DNA of 64,000 bases, taken from positions 248,001-312,000 of the IMG/VR virus record IMGVR_UViG_3300032236_002285; one strand, given 5' to 3'. The notes under the pieces are model-generated. The model was not told where the DNA came from. It was given only the letters and a program-made list of their open reading frames with translations, and did not search any database. Each line of letters starts with the position of its first letter. Position 1 is the first letter of the stretch. A program made the position numbers and the translations under genes. Below are positions 8,915 through 16,518 of the stretch, in pieces.

Positions 8915-8976
8915 ACACGCTAGCCTTAGAAGCTAGTACCCGCAAGGGTGTGTGGGTTCGAGTCCCACCCTCGGTA
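8894..8976 (+). tRNA. tRNA-Leu(TAG)
   Basis: GCCGAGG/CCTCGGT; CTAGC-CTTAGAA-GCTAG; type II variable arm. Confidence 0.9.
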
Positions 8977-9001
8977 CTGAAGTGAAACGAAAGTTCACTA
9001 C
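8977..9001 (+). repeat. 25-nt tRNA-Leu 3' trailer, copy 1
   Basis: CTGAAGTGAAACGAAAGTTCACTAC, identical to 9810-9834; GAAA-capped hairpin. Confidence 0.9.
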
Positions 9002-9010
9002 AAAAAAAAT

Positions 9011-9096
9011 TGATAGGTTGCCGTAGTGGCCGAACGGTCCGGACTGTTAATCCGGTGACGAATAGTCCATCGTGGGTTCGAATCCCACCCTGTCAG
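9011..9096 (+). tRNA. tRNA-Asn(GTT) with long variable region
   Basis: TGATAGG/CCTGTCA, G73; CCGGA-CTGTTAA-TCCGG. Confidence 0.8.
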
Positions 9097-9103
9097 CAAA
9101 TAT

Positions 9104-9175
9104 AGTCCTGTAGCTTAATGGGAAAGCGCTTGCCTTACATGCAAGAGAGAGTCGGATCGTTACCGACCAGGACTA
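9104..9175 (+). tRNA. tRNA-Val(TAC)
   Basis: AGTCCTG/CAGGACT; CTTGC-CTTACAT-GCAAG; T-loop ATCGTTA. Confidence 0.85.
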
Positions 9176-9181
9176 CAAAAT

Positions 9182-9255
9182 TGGACTGTAGCTCATTTGG
9201 TTAGAGCGCCACGCTGATACCGTGGAGGTGGTCGGATCGTAACCGACCAGTCCAA
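9182..9255 (+). tRNA. tRNA-Ile(GAT)
   Basis: TGGACTG/CAGTCCA; CCACG-CTGATAC-CGTGG; T-loop ATCGTAA. Confidence 0.85.
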
Positions 9256-9261
9256 CAACAA

Positions 9262-9345
9262 GGTACTATGGCCGAGTGGAGTCTTTAAGACGGGAGGCAG
9301 TGGTCTGCAAAACTTCTCACACTGGTTCGAATCCAGTTAGTACCT
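9262..9345 (+). tRNA. tRNA-Cys(GCA) with expanded D-loop
   Basis: GGTACTA/TAGTACC, U73; loop CTGCAAA; extra GTCT-TTA-AGAC hairpin in the D-loop. Confidence 0.75.
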
Positions 9346-9350
9346 CAAAC

Positions 9351-9422
9351 GCTTCTTAAGCATTAATGGTGATGCACTAGTCTTGTAAACTAGAGAAATC
9401 GGATCGTTACCGGTAAGAAGCT
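9351..9422 (+). tRNA. tRNA-Thr(TGT)
   Basis: GCTTCTT/AAGAAGC; CTAGT-CTTGTAA-ACTAG. Confidence 0.85.
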
Positions 9423-9428
9423 CTAAAT

Positions 9429-9500
9429 TGTTCTGTAGCTCAATGGTAGAGCGCTTCTGTGACATGGAAGAGGTAGTCGGATCGTTACCGACCAGGACAA
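9429..9500 (+). tRNA. tRNA-Val(GAC)
   Basis: TGTTCTG/CAGGACA; CTTCT-GTGACAT-GGAAG. Confidence 0.8.
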
Positions 9501-9525
9501 CAAAATAATGGATGGTGATTAAGAG

Positions 9526-9598
9526 TGTTACTTCGTGAAATGGTATACACATTTGTCTTAAAAACAAACTTTTGAGGGTTCAAGTCCCTCAGTAAAAT
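9526..9598 (+). tRNA. degenerate tRNA-Leu(TAA)-like element lacking the variable arm
   Basis: Leu-type D-arm GTGAAATGGTATACAC; TTTGT-CTTAAAA-ACAAA; GAGGG-TTCAAGT-CCCTC; acceptor stem has a mismatch. Confidence 0.55.
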
Positions 9599-9625
9599 CA
9601 CTCTTTGAACTTTCCTCCATTATAT

Positions 9626-9709
9626 GCCGATGTGGCTCAGTGGCGACAGCACTGGTTTTGTAAACCAGAGACGAATAGTCCAACGGGGGTTCGAGTCCCT
9701 CCATCGGCT
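9626..9709 (+). tRNA. tRNA-Thr(TGT) with long variable region
   Basis: GCCGATG/CATCGGC; CTGGT-TTTGTAA-ACCAG. Confidence 0.85.
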
Positions 9710-9724
9710 CAAAATAAATCACCT

Positions 9725-9809
9725 GCCTGGGTGGTGGAACGGTAGACACGCTGGACTTAAAATCCAGTGGGCAGTAATGCCCGTGAGGGTTCGAGTCCCT
9801 CTCCAGGTA
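9725..9809 (+). tRNA. tRNA-Leu(TAA)
   Basis: GCCTGGG/TCCAGGT; CTGGA-CTTAAAA-TCCAG; type II arm. Confidence 0.9.
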
Positions 9810-9834
9810 CTGAAGTGAAACGAAAGTTCACTAC
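9810..9834 (+). repeat. 25-nt tRNA-Leu 3' trailer, copy 2
   Basis: Identical to 8977-9001. Confidence 0.9.
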
Positions 9835-9840
9835 TAAATT

Positions 9841-9911
9841 ATTGGGATAGTTTAATGGTAAATCGTGGGCCTGATATGCCCGTGTTCTTGGTTCGATTCC
9901 AGGTCTCAATA
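9841..9911 (+). tRNA. tRNA-Ile(GAT)
   Basis: ATTGGGA/TCTCAAT; TGGGC-CTGATAT-GCCCG. Confidence 0.8.
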
Positions 9912-9916
9912 CAAAC

Positions 9917-9988
9917 TTCGATATGGCCTATTGGTAGGGTGCAGGGGGACATGTTCCTGAGGACTTGGTTCGATTCCAGGTATCGATA
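9917..9988 (+). tRNA. tRNA-like element, anticodon undetermined (8-nt loop GGACATGT)
   Basis: Acceptor, D- and T-arms present (CTTGG-TTCGATT-CCAGG); non-canonical anticodon loop. Confidence 0.5.
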
Positions 9989-9995
9989 CAAACAT

Positions 9996-10082
9996 CGCGG
10001 GGTAGAGTAGAGGTCAAACTCACTGGGCTCATAACCCAGGGTTGCGCAAGTGACACGTCAGGTTCGAATCCTGCCCCCGCTA
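9996..10082 (+). tRNA. initiator-type tRNA-Met(CAT) with long variable arm
   Basis: Unpaired C1:U72; three consecutive G-C pairs in CTGGG-CTCATAA-CCCAG; extra GTTGC-GCAA-GTGAC hairpin. Confidence 0.8.
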
Positions 10083-10088
10083 CAACAA

Positions 10089-10161
10089 GCAGTCATCGTA
10101 TAGTAGGTGATTACACCACCTTGGTACGGTGGAGATTCCGGTTCGAATCCGGGTGATTGCT
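10089..10161 (+). tRNA. tRNA-Thr(GGT)
   Basis: GCAGTCA/TGATTGC; CCACC-TTGGTAC-GGTGG. Confidence 0.85.
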
Positions 10162-10166
10162 CAAAT

Positions 10167-10247
10167 GCCCAGATGGTGGAATGGTATACACGCCAGTCTA
10201 AGAAGCTGGTTCCTTCGGGATTGAGAGTTCGAGTCTCTCTCTGGGCA
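10167..10247 (+). tRNA. tRNA-Leu(AAG)
   Basis: GCCCAGA/TCTGGGC; CCAGT-CTAAGAA-GCTGG; Leu-type D-arm and variable arm. Confidence 0.85.
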
Positions 10248-10255
10248 CAACATAC

Positions 10256-10340
10256 GCCGGTGTGATCCGATGTGGTAATGGAGTTCGGCTCATATCCGAA
10301 TTGGTTTATCCTATTGCTGGTTCGACTCCAGCCACCGGTA
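10256..10340 (+). tRNA. tRNA-CAT (elongator Met or lysidine Ile2), long variable region
   Basis: GCCGGTG/CACCGGT; TTCGG-CTCATAT-CCGAA. Confidence 0.75.
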
Positions 10341-10345
10341 CAAAT

Positions 10346-10426
10346 GTCAGAATGGTGGAATGGTATACACGCTAGTTTCAAAAACTAGTGCCGAAAGGTA
10401 TGAGAGTTCAAATCTCTCTTCTGATA
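10346..10426 (+). tRNA. tRNA-Leu(CAA)
   Basis: GTCAGAA/TTCTGAT; CTAGT-TTCAAAA-ACTAG. Confidence 0.88.
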
Positions 10427-10448
10427 CTCGATAAAATAAAAAATAAAA

Positions 10449-10730
10449 ATGGAAAAGATTATCGACATCGTTAGAGATAACGTTGCAAGATTCGACTGGG
10501 CTTCTGAAGGAGTCCTCTACTACAAAGTAGAAACTGAAAAATATATCTATCACTTCCCAGTAGATATGAATAACAAAGAAGATGTGGGAACAGCTAATTT
10601 TGAATCAGAACATAAGGCTATAAATCTTATGAGATATTTAAGAAAAGCATCAGAAAACTTAGAAAAAATTAAAAACGATTCAGGTACGCCTGATTGGAAA
10701 AAGACATTAAGAGTTACACAAAAAGTATGA
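10449..10730 (+). CDS. hypothetical phage protein
   Basis: 93-aa ORF; its TGA overlaps the LeuRS ATG (ATGA). Confidence 0.6.
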   Translation: MEKIIDIVRDNVARFDWASEGVLYYKVETEKYIYHFPVDMNNKEDVGTANFESEHKAINLMRYLRKASENLEKIKNDSGTPDWKKTLRVTQKV

Positions 10731-11992
10731 AAGATGAAAAGTATATATGCGTTATGTTTCCTTACCCAAGTGGTTCGGGATTGCATGTAGGTCACTTTTA
10801 TAATTATGCTATAATTGATTCTTATTGTAGATACTTTAAATACAAAGGTCAACAAGTTTTTCAACCTTTTGGTTATGATGCCTTTGGTTTGCCGGCTGAA
10901 AACTATGCTAGAAAAGTAGGTCGTGATGCTAAAGATGTTACCTATGAAAACATCAGTCAATTTAGAAAACAGATGGAAAAGATGGATACCAACTATCAAG
11001 AAATGTTGGTAACATCTGATCCTTCTTATCAAAAATGGACACAATGGTTGTTTTTGAAATTGAAAGAACATGGCTTGGCTTATAAAAAAGATGGTGAAGT
11101 AAATTGGTGTCCTTCTTGTGAAACCGTATTGGCTCGTGAACAAGTTAAATCTGATTGTTGTGAAAGATGTTCAACTAAGGTAGAAATGAAAACAATGAAT
11201 CAGTGGTACTTTAAGATTACTGATTATAAAGAACGTTTGATTAAAAACTTGGATTGGATAGATTATCCAAAATCAACTATTAACGCGCAAAGAATGTGGT
11301 TGGAAAACTTGCACGATTGGTGTGTTTCTCGTCAAAGAAAATGGGGCTGTCCAATTCCAATAGAAGGTGAAACCGATACAATGGATACATTTGTAGATTC
11401 TTCATTTTACTATGTTAGATATTGTGATGCTACTAATGATAATGAATTGTGTGCTAAAGATAAATATAAACAAGTAGATGTTTATGTTGGTGGTAATGAA
11501 CACGCTTGTATGCACTTGATTTATGCTCGTTTTATTAATATGTTTTTGTATGATATTGGTGTTGTTTCAGAGGAAGAACCATTTAAGAAAGTTATACATC
11601 AAGGTATAATTTTGAACGAAGGTGAAAAAATGTCTAAAACAAAAGGTAATGTTATTAATCCAGATGATTATGACTCTGATGAATTGAGATTTTATATGAT
11701 GTTTATTGGTCATTATTTTGATGGTGGTTCTTGGTCTGACCAAAATATAGCTGGTATTAAAAGATTTATTAGTCGTTTTAAGGAGTGGATGTCAAGAGAA
11801 GGTTCTGATACTTTTGATATTGAATCATTTAAGAAAAAAATATTTAACTACACTGAGAGTTTTAAGTTTAATAAAGTTGTTAGTGAGTTTATGACAATAG
11901 TTAATCAAAATAGAACTAAAAACATAACACCTGAGATAAAAAAAGAATTGATTGAATTGATTAAGGTGTATATGCCTGGAATTAAAATTTAA
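10727..11992 (+). CDS. leuS: minimal leucyl-tRNA synthetase lacking the CP1 editing domain
   Basis: MFPYPSGSGLHVGH (HIGH), FGYDAFGLPAENYA, DWCVSRQRKWG, ETDTMDTFVDSSFYY, EKMSKTKGN; about 421 aa; start moved to ATG 10727. Confidence 0.9.
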   Translation: MKDEKYICVMFPYPSGSGLHVGHFYNYAIIDSYCRYFKYKGQQVFQPFGYDAFGLPAENYARKVGRDAKDVTYENISQFRKQMEKMDTNYQEMLVTSDPSYQKWTQWLFLKLKEHGLAYKKDGEVNWCPSCETVLAREQVKSDCCERCSTKVEMKTMNQWYFKITDYKERLIKNLDWIDYPKSTINAQRMWLENLHDWCVSRQRKWGCPIPIEGETDTMDTFVDSSFYYVRYCDATNDNELCAKDKYKQVDVYVGGNEHACMHLIYARFINMFLYDIGVVSEEEPFKKVIHQGIILNEGEKMSKTKGNVINPDDYDSDELRFYMMFIGHYFDGGSWSDQNIAGIKRFISRFKEWMSREGSDTFDIESFKKKIFNYTESFKFNKVVSEFMTIVNQNRTKNITPEIKKELIELIKVYMPGIKI

Positions 11993-11995
11993 ATT

Positions 11996-12024
11996 AAAAA
12001 AGTCCTCTATTTTAGAGGACTTTT
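11996..12024. terminator. bidirectional intrinsic terminator
   Basis: AAAAGTCCTCT-atttt-AGAGGACTTTT. Confidence 0.75.
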
Positions 12025-12077
12025 AATTTATTTAAGATTTTAAATATACACAATAAATGTTTATCACTATCATATCT

Positions 12078-12347
12078 TTATTTATCAGCTATAGTTAGTT
12101 TTAATCTTATTGTTGTATTTTCATCTGTGATATTACCAGTAGTTACTCTAACACCTTTTACCCAAACTTCTGACTCATTTACTTTAAAAGCATTAGTAAG
12201 ATTTAATCTACTAATTGATTGAGTTAAAAAATCGGCTACTGATAAGTCAGTATCTAACTTCATATCAAATGAAGGTGATGGGTAAGAACTTTTATTGCTC
12301 TTTGAATCTACATAAGTAATATCTGATTTAACGTGAAATAGTTTCAT
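12078..12347 (-). CDS. hypothetical protein
   Basis: 89-aa ORF co-oriented with the upstream 743-aa gene. Confidence 0.55.
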   Translation of the reverse strand: MKLFHVKSDITYVDSKSNKSSYPSPSFDMKLDTDLSVADFLTQSISRLNLTNAFKVNESEVWVKGVRVTTGNITDENTTIRLKLTIADK

Positions 12348-12368
12348 ATTTATTTTTATTATTTTTTA

Positions 12369-14600
12369 TTACCAAGTTATATCATTAATTTGATAATTAA
12401 TACTACCTAAGCCAGAACCTGTAGTAAATGTTTTAAGGGTATTACCTGAACCAAGAACATAAGTGTAGTTATTTGAATTATCGTGGAATGATGCAATTAA
12501 ACGACCATTGTAATAATCATAACTATCATTGTGTTCAAATCCATTAATAATATCTAAAGTGTTACCACTAAAGTCTAAAAGTTTAACACTCCAACTACCA
12601 GAATATGTTCCACTTGTATTGCTATATATACCCATAATCCTATCCAAACCAATTATAAAATAACTAGAGTTCATTGAATCACTACTTACTTCAAACTTAC
12701 TAGACATGCTATTTTTATTAACAAGTCTGTAATAAGGACTACCTGAGTTATAAATAATAGTAGTATTATCAGTGTAATCAAAATCTGAACCTTGTTGTGT
12801 TTCGGTCCAACCATAAGCAACATTGTCAAAAGTACTAAATGATCCACTTAATTTATTACTATACCAATCATTACCATCACCATCGGTGAACATAAATACA
12901 TCCCCAAGAGAATAGCCTATATTACTTGGTGATGTTCCATTCATAGTTTGTTCATCTAATTTAGTACCACTTGAATTAAAAGTTAAAGCAGTTGTACCAC
13001 CTGAGTTATTAACATAAACAGCATAGTATTTATCATCACCACCTGATAGATATTGAAAAGAAGAAAAATCTGTTAATGCAAAGTCTATATTACTTGTGCG
13101 TGATAAATACTTAATACTATAAACATCACCAGAACCATCATTAGTTCTAACTGATAAATATATACCATCTTTAGTTATTCTATTACTCCACTCATAATAG
13201 TTATTGTTACCACTATTAGAAAGTGCAACCGTTGTAAAATCATGACCTGGATATTTCATTAATGCTGTCCAGTTGGCTGAATAATCTGTTAATAAAATAA
13301 ATAAGTTTTCAGTAGATACCGGATCATCAGGATCGGTAGCATCTATATAATCCGCAAAAGCATATTGATCATTAAATAAAGAACTATCATAGGTATGATA
13401 ATCAAAAGTATCTGCATCACCATCATACACAACATAAGTATTTTGACTACCTGTATATGGACTATATAATTTGTAATAAAATTTATTATTACCATAAAAG
13501 TCGAAATTATGATTACCATATTGATAATCTGATGTTGATCCTAAATCAGCATAAACATTTATTCTTCTAATAGATGTACCACTAGTACTATAAACATCAA
13601 TATAATCTAAATAGCTATATGTAGTATCATAGTTAAAGAAAGCGATAACGTTTGATCTATAACCAACAACATAAGAACCGTGTCTATCTGATGTGTAAAC
13701 TAAACTCACAGCACCTGTATTAGTGTCAATTAAATAAGTATCATGATAACTAGATTGATAAACTCTAAAAAGAACGACATTACCGCTTCTTGAATAGTAA
13801 TCATAAGAGCCACCAAACCAATAAGTTTGAGAGTTAGGAACATTAAAAGTAGTTTTTTCTGACAAACCTGTATAAGTTATATAATCATAACCACCAGATA
13901 AATCATCTACAACAAATGTTATACCTTTTTTATAATTATGATAATCCCAACTGGCTACATTACTATCATAAGTATCTGAATATTGAATCACCCCATCAGG
14001 ACCAACAAATACCATTTTATACATATTACTATCACTATCATTAGTAAAGGTATACATTATATATCTTCCATCAACGGTATCATAGTATTGATAATTCCAG
14101 TCACTAGATGATAATCCAGAATCAATATCAGATATTAAAGTATCAGTTGTATAATTCATAACTGAAAATCCAAAATTTCCACTATTCATTACATAGTTAA
14201 AGAAAATTGCATCTCCTGAATTAAAATTACTAATGATGGTTCCATAGTTAGGAGAACTATTAAGCCAAGTTTTAGCATCATCAACATTTGAAAAAGTACC
14301 AGGACTTCCAGGTAATCTATTAATTAAGTGTAAAAGATCTGAATTTGTTTTTGTTGGAGTTTTCCAAAATGTCGGTTTATTAGGATCTGCGATACCTTTA
14401 CCACCAGCAGTTGTTCTACCTGCTAAGTTTGTTGAAGTTGTATCTGAATAAATAACATACCCTGATACATCATCAAGACCTGCTATCCAACCACCTGTTG
14501 TGTAATCAACTGCACCAGTTGCAACTGCTAAATTTCCTATTTGAGTAGCACCAGTAATTGGTGTTTTACTTGGATTGTACTTTACATCATATTTTGCCAT
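12369..14600 (-). CDS. putative virion structural protein (beta-rich, Ser/Tyr/Asp/Asn-rich; tail fibre/appendage-like)
   Basis: 743 aa, composition typical of fibre or propeller proteins; late motif at 14629-14637. Confidence 0.45.
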   Translation of the reverse strand: MAKYDVKYNPSKTPITGATQIGNLAVATGAVDYTTGGWIAGLDDVSGYVIYSDTTSTNLAGRTTAGGKGIADPNKPTFWKTPTKTNSDLLHLINRLPGSPGTFSNVDDAKTWLNSSPNYGTIISNFNSGDAIFFNYVMNSGNFGFSVMNYTTDTLISDIDSGLSSSDWNYQYYDTVDGRYIMYTFTNDSDSNMYKMVFVGPDGVIQYSDTYDSNVASWDYHNYKKGITFVVDDLSGGYDYITYTGLSEKTTFNVPNSQTYWFGGSYDYYSRSGNVVLFRVYQSSYHDTYLIDTNTGAVSLVYTSDRHGSYVVGYRSNVIAFFNYDTTYSYLDYIDVYSTSGTSIRRINVYADLGSTSDYQYGNHNFDFYGNNKFYYKLYSPYTGSQNTYVVYDGDADTFDYHTYDSSLFNDQYAFADYIDATDPDDPVSTENLFILLTDYSANWTALMKYPGHDFTTVALSNSGNNNYYEWSNRITKDGIYLSVRTNDGSGDVYSIKYLSRTSNIDFALTDFSSFQYLSGGDDKYYAVYVNNSGGTTALTFNSSGTKLDEQTMNGTSPSNIGYSLGDVFMFTDGDGNDWYSNKLSGSFSTFDNVAYGWTETQQGSDFDYTDNTTIIYNSGSPYYRLVNKNSMSSKFEVSSDSMNSSYFIIGLDRIMGIYSNTSGTYSGSWSVKLLDFSGNTLDIINGFEHNDSYDYYNGRLIASFHDNSNNYTYVLGSGNTLKTFTTGSGLGSINYQINDITW

Positions 14601-14696
14601 AGTGATTAAAATTTTTTATTTTATAGATTATATATTAAAATACCAAATAAACATTTTACAATCTCAGTTTTTTTCCATAAATTTGTAATCTAATTA

Positions 14697-14834
14697 ATGA
14701 GTATTTGTACAAAACTACAAACAATAACAGGTATACATAGATATCTTTTCAGACTACTATTTGTGATATGGTTCATCAATAGCGCATGGGCTTTATTTTG
14801 GTATATAGTGATTGGATTAATTATAGAAGATTAA
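14697..14834 (+). CDS. small predicted membrane protein (45 aa), not in the ORF track
   Basis: MSICTKLQTITGIHRYLFRLLFVIWFINSAWALFWYIVIGLIIED; TAAATTTG box at 14678-14685. Confidence 0.5.
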   Translation: MSICTKLQTITGIHRYLFRLLFVIWFINSAWALFWYIVIGLIIED

Positions 14835-14866
14835 TAAATTTATATTAAAAAATAATATATATGGAC

Positions 14867-16486
14867 ATGAAATACATTAAAACTAGAAATAGATTTCTTG
14901 CTGAATCAAAAGGTGAAATGAGCGACAACGCTCTTCATACACTTGCGACTCATGATGATGGACAATCTCCTGATGTTCAAAAAAGTTTGGATGCACTTGA
15001 CGAGGTTTCTCCTAAAGGTAAAGTGGTAACTCGTTTTGCTCCTTCACCAACAGGATTTTTACATATCGGAGGTGTTCGTACAGCTCTTTACAACTACTTG
15101 TTTGCTAAAAAACACGGTGGTATCTTTTATGTTCGTATTGAAGATACTGACCAAAAACGTTTTGTAGGCGATGCTGAAAAATATATTCAAGACGCTTTAG
15201 AATGGTGTGGTATTGACCCAGATTATGCACCTTGGAAAGGTGGTCCTAATGGACCTTACCGCCAATCGGAAAGAGATTATTCTGGTCATATTCAAACTCT
15301 TTTAGATAAGGGTATGGCTTACTATGCTTTTGATACAGAAGATGATATGGTTAAAGTAAGAGCTGAAAATGCTCACTTTGCTTACGATACTAAAACTCGT
15401 ATGTCAATGAAGAACTCACTCTCTTTATCTAAAGAAGAAGTTGATGCACTTCTTGCTGCTAATACTCCATTTGTAATTCGCTTCAAAACACCAGAAAATA
15501 GAACTATCACCGTTAATGATGTAATTCGTGGTGAAGTTAGTTTGAATACAAATCAAACTGATGATAAAGTTTTGGTTAAATCAAATGGTATTCCTACATA
15601 TCATATGGCTAACGTATGTGACGACCACGATATGGGAACTACTCACGTTATTCGTGGTGAAGAATGGTTGCCTTCAACTCCACTTCACTTAATGTTATAT
15701 GAAGCATTTGGTTGGGAAGCTCCTACATTTGCTCACCTACCTCTAATTTTGAATCCTGATGGTAAAGGTAAGTTGTCTAAACGTAAAGCTTTAGCTTTAG
15801 GTATTCCAGCTTTCCCAATGGGTGGTGAAGGTGAAGATGATAAAGGTCAAAAAGTAAAGTATCTTGGTTTCAAAGATGAAGGTTTTGAACCACAAGCTAT
15901 GTTGAATTTCTTGGTGCTTTTAGGTTGGTCCCCAACAGATACTCAAGAACTTATGACTATGGCTGACATGATTTCTAAATTTGACTTAGCTCATGTTCAT
16001 AAGGCTGGTGCTCGTTTTGATGTTGAAAAAGCTAAACACTTTAATGCTCAACACTTGAACACTTATAGAAGTGATGAAGAAATTCTTTCACATATTGATA
16101 TGGGTGATACCTATCATTACTCACCAGAAAATCTTTCTAAGATTGTGGATATCTGTAAAAAGAGAGCAGTCTTTACTAAAGATTTACAAGCTGTTGCTGA
16201 TATCTTCTTTAAGCCAATTGTGATTAAAGAAACAGATGTTAAGTTATTAACTGATGATTACAAAAAAGTATTCTCAGTTTTTGTAACTAAGTCAATTGAT
16301 TGGACGGCTGAAACTATTAAACAAACAATTCACGACATTTGTCAAGAAATAGGTGTTAAAATGGGTAAGATAATGCCTGCTTTAAGATTGGCTATTGCTG
16401 GTGGATTACCAGGTCCAGATTTGGCAACAACAATGGAAATAATTGGTAGGGATGAAACCTTAATAAGAATTAAAAACACTTTATAA
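14867..16486 (+). CDS. gltX: glutamyl-tRNA synthetase with ~50-aa N-terminal extension carrying the capsid-targeting-like tag
   Basis: VVTRFAPSPTGFLHIGG, RIEDTD, HVIRGEEW, KLSKRK; starts MKYIKTRNRFLAES 5 nt after TAATATATA (14853-14861). Confidence 0.92.
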   Translation: MKYIKTRNRFLAESKGEMSDNALHTLATHDDGQSPDVQKSLDALDEVSPKGKVVTRFAPSPTGFLHIGGVRTALYNYLFAKKHGGIFYVRIEDTDQKRFVGDAEKYIQDALEWCGIDPDYAPWKGGPNGPYRQSERDYSGHIQTLLDKGMAYYAFDTEDDMVKVRAENAHFAYDTKTRMSMKNSLSLSKEEVDALLAANTPFVIRFKTPENRTITVNDVIRGEVSLNTNQTDDKVLVKSNGIPTYHMANVCDDHDMGTTHVIRGEEWLPSTPLHLMLYEAFGWEAPTFAHLPLILNPDGKGKLSKRKALALGIPAFPMGGEGEDDKGQKVKYLGFKDEGFEPQAMLNFLVLLGWSPTDTQELMTMADMISKFDLAHVHKAGARFDVEKAKHFNAQHLNTYRSDEEILSHIDMGDTYHYSPENLSKIVDICKKRAVFTKDLQAVADIFFKPIVIKETDVKLLTDDYKKVFSVFVTKSIDWTAETIKQTIHDICQEIGVKMGKIMPALRLAIAGGLPGPDLATTMEIIGRDETLIRIKNTL

Positions 16487-16517
16487 AAAAAGCCTCTGAT
16501 TTTTCAGAGGCTTTTTT
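16485..16517. terminator. bidirectional intrinsic terminator
   Basis: AAAAAAGCCTCTGA-tttt-TCAGAGGCTTTTTT. Confidence 0.8.
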
Positions 16518-16518
16518 A

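Noticed and set aside
8977-9001. Hammerhead ribozyme (CTGA...GAAA) in the tRNA trailers
   Set aside because: Lacks the CUGANGA core and stems I/III; only a simple hairpin is supported.
9337-10553. ORF-track entries at 9337, 9558, 9624, 9965, 10058 and 10347
   Set aside because: They overlap tRNA genes on either strand and are shadows of GC-richer tRNA sequence.
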